The notes beneath the pieces are model-generated. The model did not search any database and had not been told where the DNA came from. It saw only the letters and a list, made by a program, of their open reading frames with translations. Of a DNA stretch of 64,000 bases, positions 38,783-49,124 are shown piece after piece. Both the position numbers and the translations under genes were made by a program. Numbering within the stretch: the stretch's first letter is position 1; every line of letters begins with the position of its first letter. The DNA is from Azolla caroliniana (taxonomy: Eukaryota > Plantae > Polypodiophyta): contig JBHGNT010000016.1 in NCBI GenBank assembly GCA_043228905.1, positions 11,842,001-11,906,000 on the forward strand. The letters run 5' to 3'.

Positions 38783-38855
38783 GAGAAATCTGGAATATAC
38801 ATTAATTTCTAAAATAAAACATAAATGAAAATAATATCCTACAACTTATAATGTA

Positions 38856-38915
38856 TAGTCTAATGGTAAGACCTCGACCCATATAGCATAAGGTCATGGG
38901 TTCGAGTCTTGCCAT
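38856..38915 (+). promoter_or_regulatory. tRNA-like A-box/B-box module at the U3 end of the G1 LTR (second copy 42664-42723)
   Basis: TAGTCTAATGG (38856), AGGTC, GGTTCGAGTCT (38899). Confidence 0.65.
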
Positions 38916-38930
38916 GACACTATCCCCCCC

Positions 38931-41900
38931 TTAAAAACGACGAGTGCCACGAGTCGTTTTGGATTGAGGACCCGGTTTGTGTGGATATCGTCGATGGAAG
39001 TCTTCGAGAAGAGCACGAGCATTGGTCACATTCTCGATCGGCTCCCAAGTACGCTCGCTGGGACTATATCCTAGCCAATCGACTAGATAGTAGAGCTTGT
39101 TGCGAGTAATCTTGGAATCAAGGATGGCGGCAACCTCGTACTCAGGTCCATCTTCAAGCTCGATCGGGGGTGGAGGTGGTGGAATACGGCCTGGAATGGT
39201 GCTTTCGCGATAGGGTTCGAGGAGAGAACTATGGAACACCGGATGAATCCGAAGGTGCGGAGGGAGTTCGAGCCGAAAAGCAACATCATTAATCTTCCCG
39301 ATAATACGGAAAGGACCTAACCGCCGATAGTCCAACTTCTCACATGGGCGAGTAGTCTTGACGTGTCGTCGAAGCAGCCATACCCGATCGCCAATGTCAA
39401 AACTGGATGGAAGTCGATGACGATCCGCATAAACCTTGTGTGCTTGTTGAGCTTGCTGGAGCTGAGTAGATAGATCCGCTTGTATCTTGTGTAATCGCTC
39501 CAAACGATCCTCTGCGCAAGGATTCGTGGGCAATTCTGGGGTTTCAACTACACACCATCGGGGATGACAACCTGTGTAAGCATAAAATGGGGTAACCTTT
39601 GTTGAGGAGTGGACGGAGTTGTTATATGCAAACTCGGCGAAATGGAGAATATCTGCCCAATCATCTTGATGGTAACTTAGAAAACACCGAAGATACTGCT
39701 CCAACGTTTGATTTGTTCGTTCTGCCTGGCCGTCTGTTTGCGGGTGGTAGCCGGAGGAAAGGTTACAAGTCACTTGAAGCATTTTAAAGAAGTGCTTCCA
39801 AAACTTCGAAACGAATTGGGGTCCACGATCGCTGATGATGCTATCAGGGAGGCCGTGATGCCGACATACTTCGCGCATAACAATCTCGGCGGTTCCTTCA
39901 CTGGATATTTCTTTAGTACATGGTAGGAAATGAGCCATCTTCGTATAGCGATCTACGACTGTTAAGATCGCATCGAATCCCTTAGACATCGGGAGGTCCG
40001 TGATGAAATCTAGAGCAATGGATTGCCACGGCTTACTCGGAATTGGTAATGGTTCTAACAAACCATATGGATGATGCCTTGGCATTTTTGCCCTGCAACA
40101 TGTATCACAAGTCCGAACAAAATCTTCGACAAATTGTCGCATGTGGGGCCACCAGAATGAGCGTTGTACTAAATCTAATGTTTTAGTACTACCAAAATGC
40201 CCAGCAGTATATGTATCATGACAGCTTTGGACTACTTGAAGGCGACCAGTACCATTAGGAACATACAAGAGTGTCTTAAAAAATAGTAATCCATCATGGT
40301 ATTGGAATTGCCGATAATCCGTACCTGGTTGTTGCGATTCCGAACAAGATGCTTGAGAGGGATCGATTTGTTTTAGAATGGCTTGGGCGAATGCATCCGT
40401 CTTCAAGTCCTCCCGTATGGTATCGATAACGCGAGAATCCATGGGCATGTCGAAGATCTGTGCTGCTTGTAGTCGTGCCGGTCCCAAGATGACTTGCTTT
40501 TGGTTATCGAAGGCTGGCTCGCCGGGACGCGGTGCTAGATATGAACGTCGTGATAATGCATCCGCCTTCCCTTGGTGCTTCCCCGGTCGATAAGTAATTT
40601 TGAAGTCGAAACGTGTGAGGAAGTGGGCCCACCGGGCTTGACGTCGATTCAGCACACGAGCATCCTGAAAGTAGGCAAGGTTCTTGTGGTCACTGAATAC
40701 AGTGACTGGGTGAGGGGATCCCTCTAGGAAATGCCTCCATTGCATAAATGAATCCACTATTGCCAAGAGTTCCTTATCATGTATCTCGTAGTTGATTTCG
40801 GTGGCGTCAAACTTTCGTGAATGAAAAGCCACAGGATGTAGCTTCTCGTCATTACCATGTTGTGACAGAATGCTCCCCAATGCGAAATCCGATGCGTCAG
40901 CTTCGATAATGAATGGTTTTTCTGGATCGACATGACCCAGAATTGGAGCTGATGTAAACGCCTTTTTCAGATTCTCGAAAGCCAAGTCTGTTTCTTCAGA
41001 CCAAATGAACGCTTGCCCCTTTCTGGTAAGCTGTGTGAGAGGCAGAACGATCCTTGAGTAATCTTGTATGAACTTCCGGTAAAAATTGGCAAAGCCTAGA
41101 AAACACTGCACATCCCGCACCGAACGCGGAGTCTGCCAATCCACCACCGTTTTGACTTTAGCTGGGTCCATGGAGATGCCTTCTGAGGAGATGACATAGC
41201 CGAGAAATTCCACCTGGTTGCACCCGAAACTACATTTTTCTAGTTTTGCATACAGACCATGTTCTCGAAGTCGTTTTAGTACTGATAGTACATGAGAATC
41301 ATGCTCTTCCTGGGTCTTCGAATAAACCAATAGATCATCCAAGTAGATGATCAAAAAATTATCCAACAGGTCTCGGAATATATCGTTCGCCATGTGCTGG
41401 AAGACTGCCGGCGCATTAGTGAGACCGAACGGCATGACTGTATACTCGAAGTGCCCGTATCTAGTACGAAACGCCGTCTTCCATTCGTCTCCTGGTCGAA
41501 TTCGTACGAGGTTATATGCTCCTCGTAAGTCGATCTTCGTGAAGAACCTGGCACCATTGATCCGTTCTAAAAGACTTGAGATAAGGGGCAGTGCATACCT
41601 ATTCCTGATGGTGACTTTATTTAAGCCACGATAGTCGACAACAAGGCGAAGGGATCCGTCCTTCTTCTTGACGAAGAAAATAGGTGCGCCTGCGGGAGAT
41701 TTTGAATGCCGAATGAAACCATTAGCCAAATTCTCCTCTATGTAGGCTCGAAGGACTTCTAGCTCCGTAGGTGACAAATTGTAGATTGGCCCCCATGGCG
41801 GCTCCTTTCCTGGTTGTAGATCGATGGGGCAATCGTACGGTCGATGATGAGGAAGTGTGTTGGCTTGTATTTTATCGAACACATCAGCATACTGACGATA

Positions 41901-42527
41901 CTTCTCGGGAAGTTGAACGATGGACTCCTCTTTGGTGGTGCTGGAGGGTTGTACTGATATTGCGAAGAGAAACATGTCCTCCTTGTGCCCTTCCTCACGC
42001 AACTGATGTAGTGAAATGGTTGCAATCTTCTGGGTAGATCCTTGGGTTTGTCGAAACTGAATTTTCCTTGTCCTCCAATCTATGTCTGGGTTATGTAACT
42101 CAAACCATGGTAATCCTAAAACTATGGGATGTTCTGGAATACTAATTATATTAAATGATATTACACATGCTAGATTATCTAGGACAACATTAACGGGCTC
42201 TGATTCTTCTATGATATTTCCGGAAGCAATGGGACGACCATCAATGACTACTACGGAGGCTGGACACGAGAGTTTTCTAAGAGATATCTGATGAGCTTGG
42301 GCAAAATTCTTATCCATAAAGCAAGAGTTTGCTCCGGAATCTAGGAGTGCTAAGACATGTACTGGAGGGGTACTTTTAGTACTAACGGCTACTTGGGCTA
42401 CGAACACATTGCTAACTTGCTTAGAGGAAATGGAACCACTAGTGGGCTGCACAGATCTAGGGCTGTCCAACCAAACGGCCCGTCTTACTACTGATTCCTG
42501 ACAGTTTGAACCAATTTGGTTCAACAT
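38931..42527 (-). CDS. pol: G1 Pol with C-terminal chromodomain
   Basis: LLDSGA, YLDD, ADASD, GPF/Y module, EYEVAAILDS..YLVDWLGY..TWEP. Confidence 0.93.
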   Translation of the reverse strand: MLNQIGSNCQESVVRRAVWLDSPRSVQPTSGSISSKQVSNVFVAQVAVSTKSTPPVHVLALLDSGANSCFMDKNFAQAHQISLRKLSCPASVVVIDGRPIASGNIIEESEPVNVVLDNLACVISFNIISIPEHPIVLGLPWFELHNPDIDWRTRKIQFRQTQGSTQKIATISLHQLREEGHKEDMFLFAISVQPSSTTKEESIVQLPEKYRQYADVFDKIQANTLPHHRPYDCPIDLQPGKEPPWGPIYNLSPTELEVLRAYIEENLANGFIRHSKSPAGAPIFFVKKKDGSLRLVVDYRGLNKVTIRNRYALPLISSLLERINGARFFTKIDLRGAYNLVRIRPGDEWKTAFRTRYGHFEYTVMPFGLTNAPAVFQHMANDIFRDLLDNFLIIYLDDLLVYSKTQEEHDSHVLSVLKRLREHGLYAKLEKCSFGCNQVEFLGYVISSEGISMDPAKVKTVVDWQTPRSVRDVQCFLGFANFYRKFIQDYSRIVLPLTQLTRKGQAFIWSEETDLAFENLKKAFTSAPILGHVDPEKPFIIEADASDFALGSILSQHGNDEKLHPVAFHSRKFDATEINYEIHDKELLAIVDSFMQWRHFLEGSPHPVTVFSDHKNLAYFQDARVLNRRQARWAHFLTRFDFKITYRPGKHQGKADALSRRSYLAPRPGEPAFDNQKQVILGPARLQAAQIFDMPMDSRVIDTIREDLKTDAFAQAILKQIDPSQASCSESQQPGTDYRQFQYHDGLLFFKTLLYVPNGTGRLQVVQSCHDTYTAGHFGSTKTLDLVQRSFWWPHMRQFVEDFVRTCDTCCRAKMPRHHPYGLLEPLPIPSKPWQSIALDFITDLPMSKGFDAILTVVDRYTKMAHFLPCTKEISSEGTAEIVMREVCRHHGLPDSIISDRGPQFVSKFWKHFFKMLQVTCNLSSGYHPQTDGQAERTNQTLEQYLRCFLSYHQDDWADILHFAEFAYNNSVHSSTKVTPFYAYTGCHPRWCVVETPELPTNPCAEDRLERLHKIQADLSTQLQQAQQAHKVYADRHRLPSSFDIGDRVWLLRRHVKTTRPCEKLDYRRLGPFRIIGKINDVAFRLELPPHLRIHPVFHSSLLEPYRESTIPGRIPPPPPPIELEDGPEYEVAAILDSKITRNKLYYLVDWLGYSPSERTWEPIENVTNARALLEDFHRRYPHKPGPQSKTTRGTRRF

Positions 42528-42727
42528 AACGCCTAGTGCCCTCTTTTATAGTATTTCTAAGAGTAATCCTGAAGCTTCTAGAATGTTCCAGAGAAATCTG
42601 GAATATACATTAATTTCTAAAATAAAACATAAATGAAAATAATATCCTACAACTTATAATGTATAGTCTAATGGTAAGACCTCGACCCATATAGCATAAG
42701 GTCATGGGTTCGAGTCTTGCCATGACA

Positions 42728-44496
42728 GCTGGTAGCCGGAGTCGGTCCCGTAGTGAGTGGTGCGTTTTGTGCCGGTTGGCTCCTTGGGGTTCCATGTTCC
42801 GGGTCCCTAGGGTGACCACCTTTCTTGAAATTACGTTTCTTATTATTCTTATTTTTATTTCGGTAGTCCTGTCGTGGTGGATCGTAACATCGGCCGTAGT
42901 CCTCCTGGTGCCTTCGGTAGCCAGAGGAATGGTCTCTGTCGTATTGCTCGTGTCGTCTGTTGGACTCCCGATAACGGTCAATCGCTCATACCGGTCGTAG
43001 TTATCATGCCGATCCCCGTACCGGCCATCATTCTCTTGTCTGTCTCCGTACCGGACATCCTGTGCCGGTCGGTACCAGTTCATTCTTTGCCAACGATCTT
43101 CATCTTCGTCTCGGCTGCTTCTTGGCTCGATCTGTCGGACAGGTGGTGCTTGTCGGTTTAGCAGGTTATACTCGCACCGGTCCGTTGTATGACTCTTGGA
43201 TTGACAAATCACACACTGGGTTCGCATGGTGCACTCCACTGCCGAGTGTCCGGCATTCAAGCAGATTGTGCATTGAATTGCCTGCCGGAACCGGAGATCT
43301 TCATCGGTGGGTAACGCCCGTTGCAGTGTTCCCAGTGTAAGCCATGAGCTTGACTTTTCCATTTCTCTAACCCGGTCAATGACCTAGTCAATGGTGCTTC
43401 CTCGAAAGTCGATTACCGTACACACCGTGCGTAACGGTTCCCGGAGTGCGTTTAAAAATATCGTCCGTAATTCCTCCTCCGGGGGTGCACGGGCAAGCTG
43501 GCTATGCATTCGTTGGAAACGGATGACGAATTGGGGAATGCTTTCCCCTGCCTCCTGTCGGATCGTATAAAACAGGCCCACCATTGTCGTCTGGTCGACC
43601 TCCTTGTGGAAAAAATGCAAGAATTTTGCTTTTAATTCTGCAAAGGTTGTGATGGTCGTCGGGTCCTGCGTCCGCCGCCATCGTGCCGCTGGTCCTTCCA
43701 ACGTGACCCCGAACTCCGCTATCTTCGAGCGTTCTTCTTCCTCCGGTGTCATTCGCTGGGACGCGTGATTTGCTTCCCATGTCTGCTCGAAGGCATGAAC
43801 ATGCGCTTCCGCGTCCAGATCATCGCGATACTTTGAGTATTGGAACGACATGTCGTCGTCCAGTATTAGGCCGCGGTTTAGTGGCGTTTGTTGATATCTT
43901 TCCGATTTTCTCTCCAGTTCCACTTCCGGTTCTTTTGCCGGTGCTTTTTCCGGTTCCTCTTCCGGTTCTTTTTCCGGTTCCTTCACCGGCTCTTCTTCTG
44001 GTACCTTCGCCGGCTCTTTCGTTGGTGTCGGTGGCTTTGCTTCTTCCACTTCCGGTGTTGGTGGGTTGACGGCTTCCGTTTGCGGTTCCGGATAGCCCTG
44101 GTCGAACGGTTCCGGTTCTGGAGTCGGCACGGTATCCGACCCGTCGTCCTCCGGGCCGCCGGGGGTATCGTTGCTGCTCCGGTAGTTCGTGTGCACGCTG
44201 TATCCCCCTTCGGAATCCGATTCGTAGGCTGAAAAGGCTTCTGCCTCGTTTTCTTCGCTTGCCAGCGCCTCGAGGAGGCGTTCGGTTTCCCGGAGACTAC
44301 TTAGACTGCTTCCGTCGTCCTAGTCGTGAGTTTGCTGTAACCGAAGAGATTCCTCCGCGACTCTCCGGATCTCGTTGGAGAACGAACGATCCGAGCGAAT
44401 TTCGTGCGCTGCTTGCTGGAAAGTCTCACGCCGTCTTTGCCGTTCGGCGAGGCATCGAGCTCGATCTGTAACCAGGTCTTGCGTTGGTCTCGTCAT
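42728..44496 (-). pseudogene. gag: G3 gag (Pro/Glu-rich N-terminus, retrotransposon Gag domain, Cys/His knuckles)
   Basis: LEGPAARW, IRQEAGESIPQFVIRF, CTICLNAGHSAVEC; in-frame TAGs at ~44321 and 43384; ATG at 44496 inferred. Confidence 0.82.
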
Positions 44497-45425
44497 CCAT
44501 TAAGTCGTCGTTCGCTGCGAGAAAGCAGGAATCGTGGTCGCCAAAACTGTGTTATTCTCTGACCGGACAAGGCCTAACACAAGGTGTCACGGAGACACTT
44601 CACCAAAGGGTGATTACGGCATAGGATTATGACTCAACGATTACACCGACTTAAGTAGGTTACACGATAGAGCGCTTTTGTTAATTACACGCGTAAGATA
44701 TAACAGTAAGTACAGAACGGAAATCAACACAGAAGTATAAACACCATACGTTCTATTAATTATCCGCTGCGATTACAATGGGGTCCAGGCCTTTAAATAG
44801 GTTTCGAGCCCGTAGTACAAAACGGTGCCTATCGCACCTATTCGGGATCCGTCCGGATCTGGAACGGCATACCGTTTCCAGTCCGTCCGTCCACACTATG
44901 CTTATTTACAACCATACTTAATTAATTCCTTCACTCCGTATTTTGGACTCCTTGCCGGCCGGTAACAGGCTGATGTGGATACCAACTGATCCACGTCTGG
45001 GTACGTAATGACTTATGCAGGGGGAGTTGTTTCGTGGCAGTCGAGGTTGCAGAAAGCCGTGGTGCTGTCGACCACGGAAGACGAATATATGGCCGCAACG
45101 AAAGCCGACAAGTAAATTATATGGATGAAGGATTTTATCGGTGAGTTGGGAATTCGGCAGGAGGAATTCTAACTCCATTGTGATAATTAGAGTGCCATCC
45201 ACCTTGCGAAAAATGCCACCTACCACTCAAGGACCAAATACATCCAGAGAAGATATCATTGGCTCGGAGAGAGAGTAGAAGAAAAGGAGTTGGCTCTAGT
45301 GAAGATCCACATGGCCAAAAACGGATCGGATATGCTGACGAAGGTGTTGTCAGCCGAAAAGCTAAAGGCGTGCCGATAGAGAGTCGGTTGAATGAAGTGC
45401 CCCATGCCGGAGTGAATGGGGAGTT

Positions 45426-46004
45426 TTTGGGAAACATGTCCCTTCGGATAGGAAGAGAAGGACCATGTTGGTGAGTATCTCGAAACCAAAACCGAACTCA
45501 AACTCGAAATCGTAATCCGAAACTAAAACCGTAATCGTAATCGTAATCGAATACTGAAATCGTTTCAGAAGACTATAATTGTAAAGAGTCTAAAAGGCCC
45601 TTGTGGGTTATACTTGTAAATAGCCAGAAAGTTGCTTTTATTTATAAGAAACTAGGGCAAACTTTAGATTATACGAATGTAGTTGATCATTATTGAAAAT
45701 AGTTAGAATGAGGTAGTTGCCTTTGTAACCGTGAGTGAGAGAGTGAGAGTGTATCTCTATAGTTGTCTGTTAGACGAAGGAGAACTCGGGGTCGTTGCCT
45801 TCAAGTTCCGTATTTGTACTTTCTCTCTACTATAGTGATCTGTTTCTCGGGGTTTGTGGACTCCCGTGGTTTTTCCCATTTCAGGTTTTCCACGTAAAAT
45901 ATTGGTGTCTCTGTGTCTTTATGTTTTTCTATATGTGTACTAGTTTATGATTTTTGCACATGAATACGAACGTGAAACTGGTTGTGGCCGATCGATTCCT
46001 AACA
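45426..46004 (+). repeat. 3' LTR of Copia B, with degenerate 6-bp repeats at 45481-45565
   Basis: Follows RNase H and PPT; ends GTTGTGGCCG..AACA like the other Tork-type LTRs here. Confidence 0.8.
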
Positions 46005-47204
46005 CACCTTGGTATCGTCCCTAGGATTTGAAGACAATTTGTCTTTATTACGACTTCCGTTCCGATTTGATAGTCTTTATCCGCCTTTATTGTGGAGATG
46101 ATACACCAAAGACCAGACCCCTCTTTACTTCGGCATACCCTTGTTGTCCTTCACTTAGCACTTTTGCCTTGAATCCAATGTCATGGCATGCACCATCCTC
46201 TCCATCTTTGTTGATGACCTATTTGATCCTAGTCGGACTCGTATCTATCATCACATAGATTGGCGCCCCTTCCTTGTATATGACTTTTTGTAAAGCTGGT
46301 GCTGCTAGCAGCATCCCCTTTAATATCTTCATGGTCTTCATGTGCTTGTCTTCCCATTTGAAAATTTGTCCCTTCTTGATTAGCTCGTACAAGGGCTCAA
46401 CTATGTGAACGTAGTGGGGAATCCAAATTTGGTAGAATGCACAAGCGCCAGGAAATTGCCTCACTTCCTTCTGCAAATTGCATTTATCCTTCATTTCTAT
46501 GATGGCATCTACATTTTCCTGGGATGGCTTTTGTCCGTACACCATGAGAATTTCTGATTCTCGAACTGAACTTTTACGTTCTAAAGAGATTCCGCAACTC
46601 AAGATCAAATGGATGGATAAACCTATAGACGATGACACGTGGGAATGCAACGTACTCTTAAGGCACGATAACCTCACTGCATATTGCAAGAGTGCAATCT
46701 TTTGAAGTTCGGAAGTATGTGTTACGGACACACCAAGAGCAGACTAAGACGGAGCACAGATGATGGGGCTACGAGCGATGGATGAACTTGGAGCTAGATG
46801 TGACGAGGCTAGGAACTCTAGATGTTGTGAGTGACATGAGGGCATGAAGATAGAAATAAAGATCAAGGAGACAAAGATGAGGCGAAACGAGAATACTAGA
46901 TTGATGTGTCAATAATTGGTGTTAAATCCCTTGAAAGGAACCAAGAAGGTTACAAGTATTTATACTGTGAGTTGAAGTACATGCATTAGAATATCCTTGA
47001 GAATATTTTGGAGAATATTCTAGAACCCTATTAGAACCTTCTAGTTCTTGAACTTTCTAAAAACTCCTAGAACGTGAATAGATAATCTATGAAGATATAC
47101 ATAACATGATTATGTGCTTGGATGTGTTGGTTACAATATAACATGACTATAATACAAGAGGTCAAGAGTTCAAATCTTACATAACTATTGTTATGTCTGT
47201 GACA
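46005..47204 (-). mobile_element. Old internally deleted Gypsy fragment: RT/RNase H piece plus probable 5' LTR ending at 47204
   Basis: EVRQFPGACAFYQIWIPHY..YVMIDTS; LTR-like part has a TATA, GAA/TTC arrays and a terminal GACA; inner boundary uncertain. Confidence 0.6.
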
Positions 47205-47216
47205 ATATGTTATTCA

Positions 47217-48297
47217 TGTGTGGAAAAATAGCGCTCGGCCACGACCGAGTCTTAAACAACAAATGATAGAAAACAAACTAACAACTAGACGACACAGGAT
47301 GTTTACGTGGAAACCCTAAATGGGAAAAAACCACGAGAGCCCACGGACTCCAACAATAACTATGAGGGGAGGAATACAATGTGAGACTCAGAGGCAACGA
47401 CCTCGAGCTCTATGGAGGTTACAATAGAAAAACTTGTTTTGTGTGTGTGTGTGTGTGTGTGTGTTTCTCTATCTTGCTCTGTGTACAACAACTCTATCAT
47501 CCTCTACATAAAGTGATTGCCCTAAGTCATATTTATACTTATATGACTTTTGGGCTATTTACAAATATAGCCTCAATGGGATTATCCTAACATATTTACA
47601 AATATGTCATTGGATCCAGATTCATTGGTTTCGGTTTCCGAATCTTATCCGGAACCCTTCCAAATCCGGCTTCTTCATCCGATTCGTCCGATCCGACTTC
47701 TCCGGATCCCATCTGGAGGGACCGAATTTCCAACAAACTCCCCCTTCACTCCGGCATGGGATTTCTCGTTAATCCAATTCGTCTTCAGCATGCGTCCGGC
47801 TTGTCGGTTGGAAGCACCTTGGTTAGCATATCCGATCCATTCTCCTTCATGTGGATCTTCGTTAGCATGAAGTCCTGATCTTCTACTCTCTCCCAGATCC
47901 AGTGATACCTCCGCTAGATGTGCTTCATCCAGGAATGATATGCCGCATTATTTGACTATTGCAATAGAGCCGATATTCCTCCTATCGGATCCCTAGCTCT
48001 CCGATGAAGTTCTTCCTCCAAATTACTTCCTTGCAGGCTTCCACAACTGCCATGTACTCCGCTACCATTGTCGACGGTGCAATGGACTTCTGCAACCTCG
48101 ATTGCCATGATACAGCTCCCCATGCATAAGTCATGACATATCTGGATGTAGACCGGCTGGTATCTGCATCAGCCGACATATCCGAATCCGTGAATCCATC
48201 AAGTTGGGGTTTACCAGAGCAAAACCAGAGGCACATACTCGAGATGCCTTTCAAATACCAAAGTATCCACTTGACCGCGTTCCAGTGCTCTTTTCTG
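47217..48297 (-). mobile_element. Tork-like Copia D 3' fragment (LTR ~47217-47735, PPT, RNase H)
   Basis: LTR and RNase H similar to Copia C; PPT aactcccccttca. Confidence 0.85.
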
Positions 48298-49124
48298 GGA
48301 TCAGGTTCGAATGGGGAATACATCGTGCAGACGAACTACCGCAGCAGTAACGACACCCCAGAAGGACTAGAGGACGAGGAGTAGGATACCTTGCCGACAT
48401 CGGAACCAGAATTGACAAGGCTGGAAACTCCGATACCGGAAGTTGACCACACTCTGGAAAGGATGAGAGACCTCCGACACCCAAAGTCCAGGAGGAGAAG
48501 CCTCCGACACCAAAGAAGGAGCAGGAAAGATCTCCGATGGCGACAGAAGACCGAGAAAAACCTCCGACACCAAAAGAGGAGGAACGATCACCAGCCTGTG
48601 TGCGAACACTAGACGACGATATGTCATTCCAATATCCCAGATACCGGGATGATCCGGACGCGGAAGCCCACGTCTGTCAGGAATAGTACTAAAACAGAGA
48701 TTGAATTAGTACTAAGAAGAGTAGTACTATTAGTACTAAGAGGACGGGGCTGCGTAAGATTCCCGAGAGAGAGGAAGTGAGAAGAGGAGAGAGAGAGAGA
48801 GAGAGAGGGAAATAGGATGATGACAGCAGCTCTTATATTATATGAAAGATAAGTACAAATCGACTAAGAGGCTTAAGACTGGTGTTGAACCAATTTGGTT
48901 CAACATAATGCTTAGTGCCTTCTTTTATAGTGTTCTCAGGAATAATCCTGAAGCTTCTAGAATGTTCCAGAGAAATCTGGAATATACATTACTTTCTTAT
49001 AATAAAACATAAATGAAAATAATATTCTATGAATTACAATAGATGGTGAGATGGTTAAGAGCTCGACCCATATACCATAAGGTCATGGGTTCGAGTCTTG
49101 CCATCTCATGACACTATCTCCCCC

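Larger units (their letters stand above)
38453..42727 (-). mobile_element. Chromovirus G1 (Tcn1/Tf1-like), gag-less, with rearranged 5' LTR
   Basis: TSD GCTGG; 3' LTR 38453-38919; PPT 38920-38932; only U3 of the 5' LTR is retained (~42506-42727). Confidence 0.93.
25260..44967 (-). mobile_element. Full-length non-chromovirus Gypsy G3 with extra 3' ORF; hosts Copia C and chromovirus G1
   Basis: 418-bp LTRs 25260-25677 and 44550-44967 (TGTTA..TAACA), TSD GGCTG, PBS-like TGGCGACCAC at 44534-44543. Confidence 0.93.
15055..46004 (+). mobile_element. Degenerate Tnt1/Tork-like Copia B, split by A3 and G3; 5' end lost
   Basis: gag-PR-INT 15055-16822, RT 23890-25259, RNase H 44968-45415, PPT ~45415-45423, 3' LTR ~45426-46004; coding sequence resumes across both TSDs. 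Confidence 0.85.

Noticed and set aside
42500-42527. New ATG creating an expressed Pol-only gene in G1
   Set aside because: The ATG is in frame but lies upstream of the predicted TSS, ~22 nt after the TATA box, so it is probably not in the mRNA
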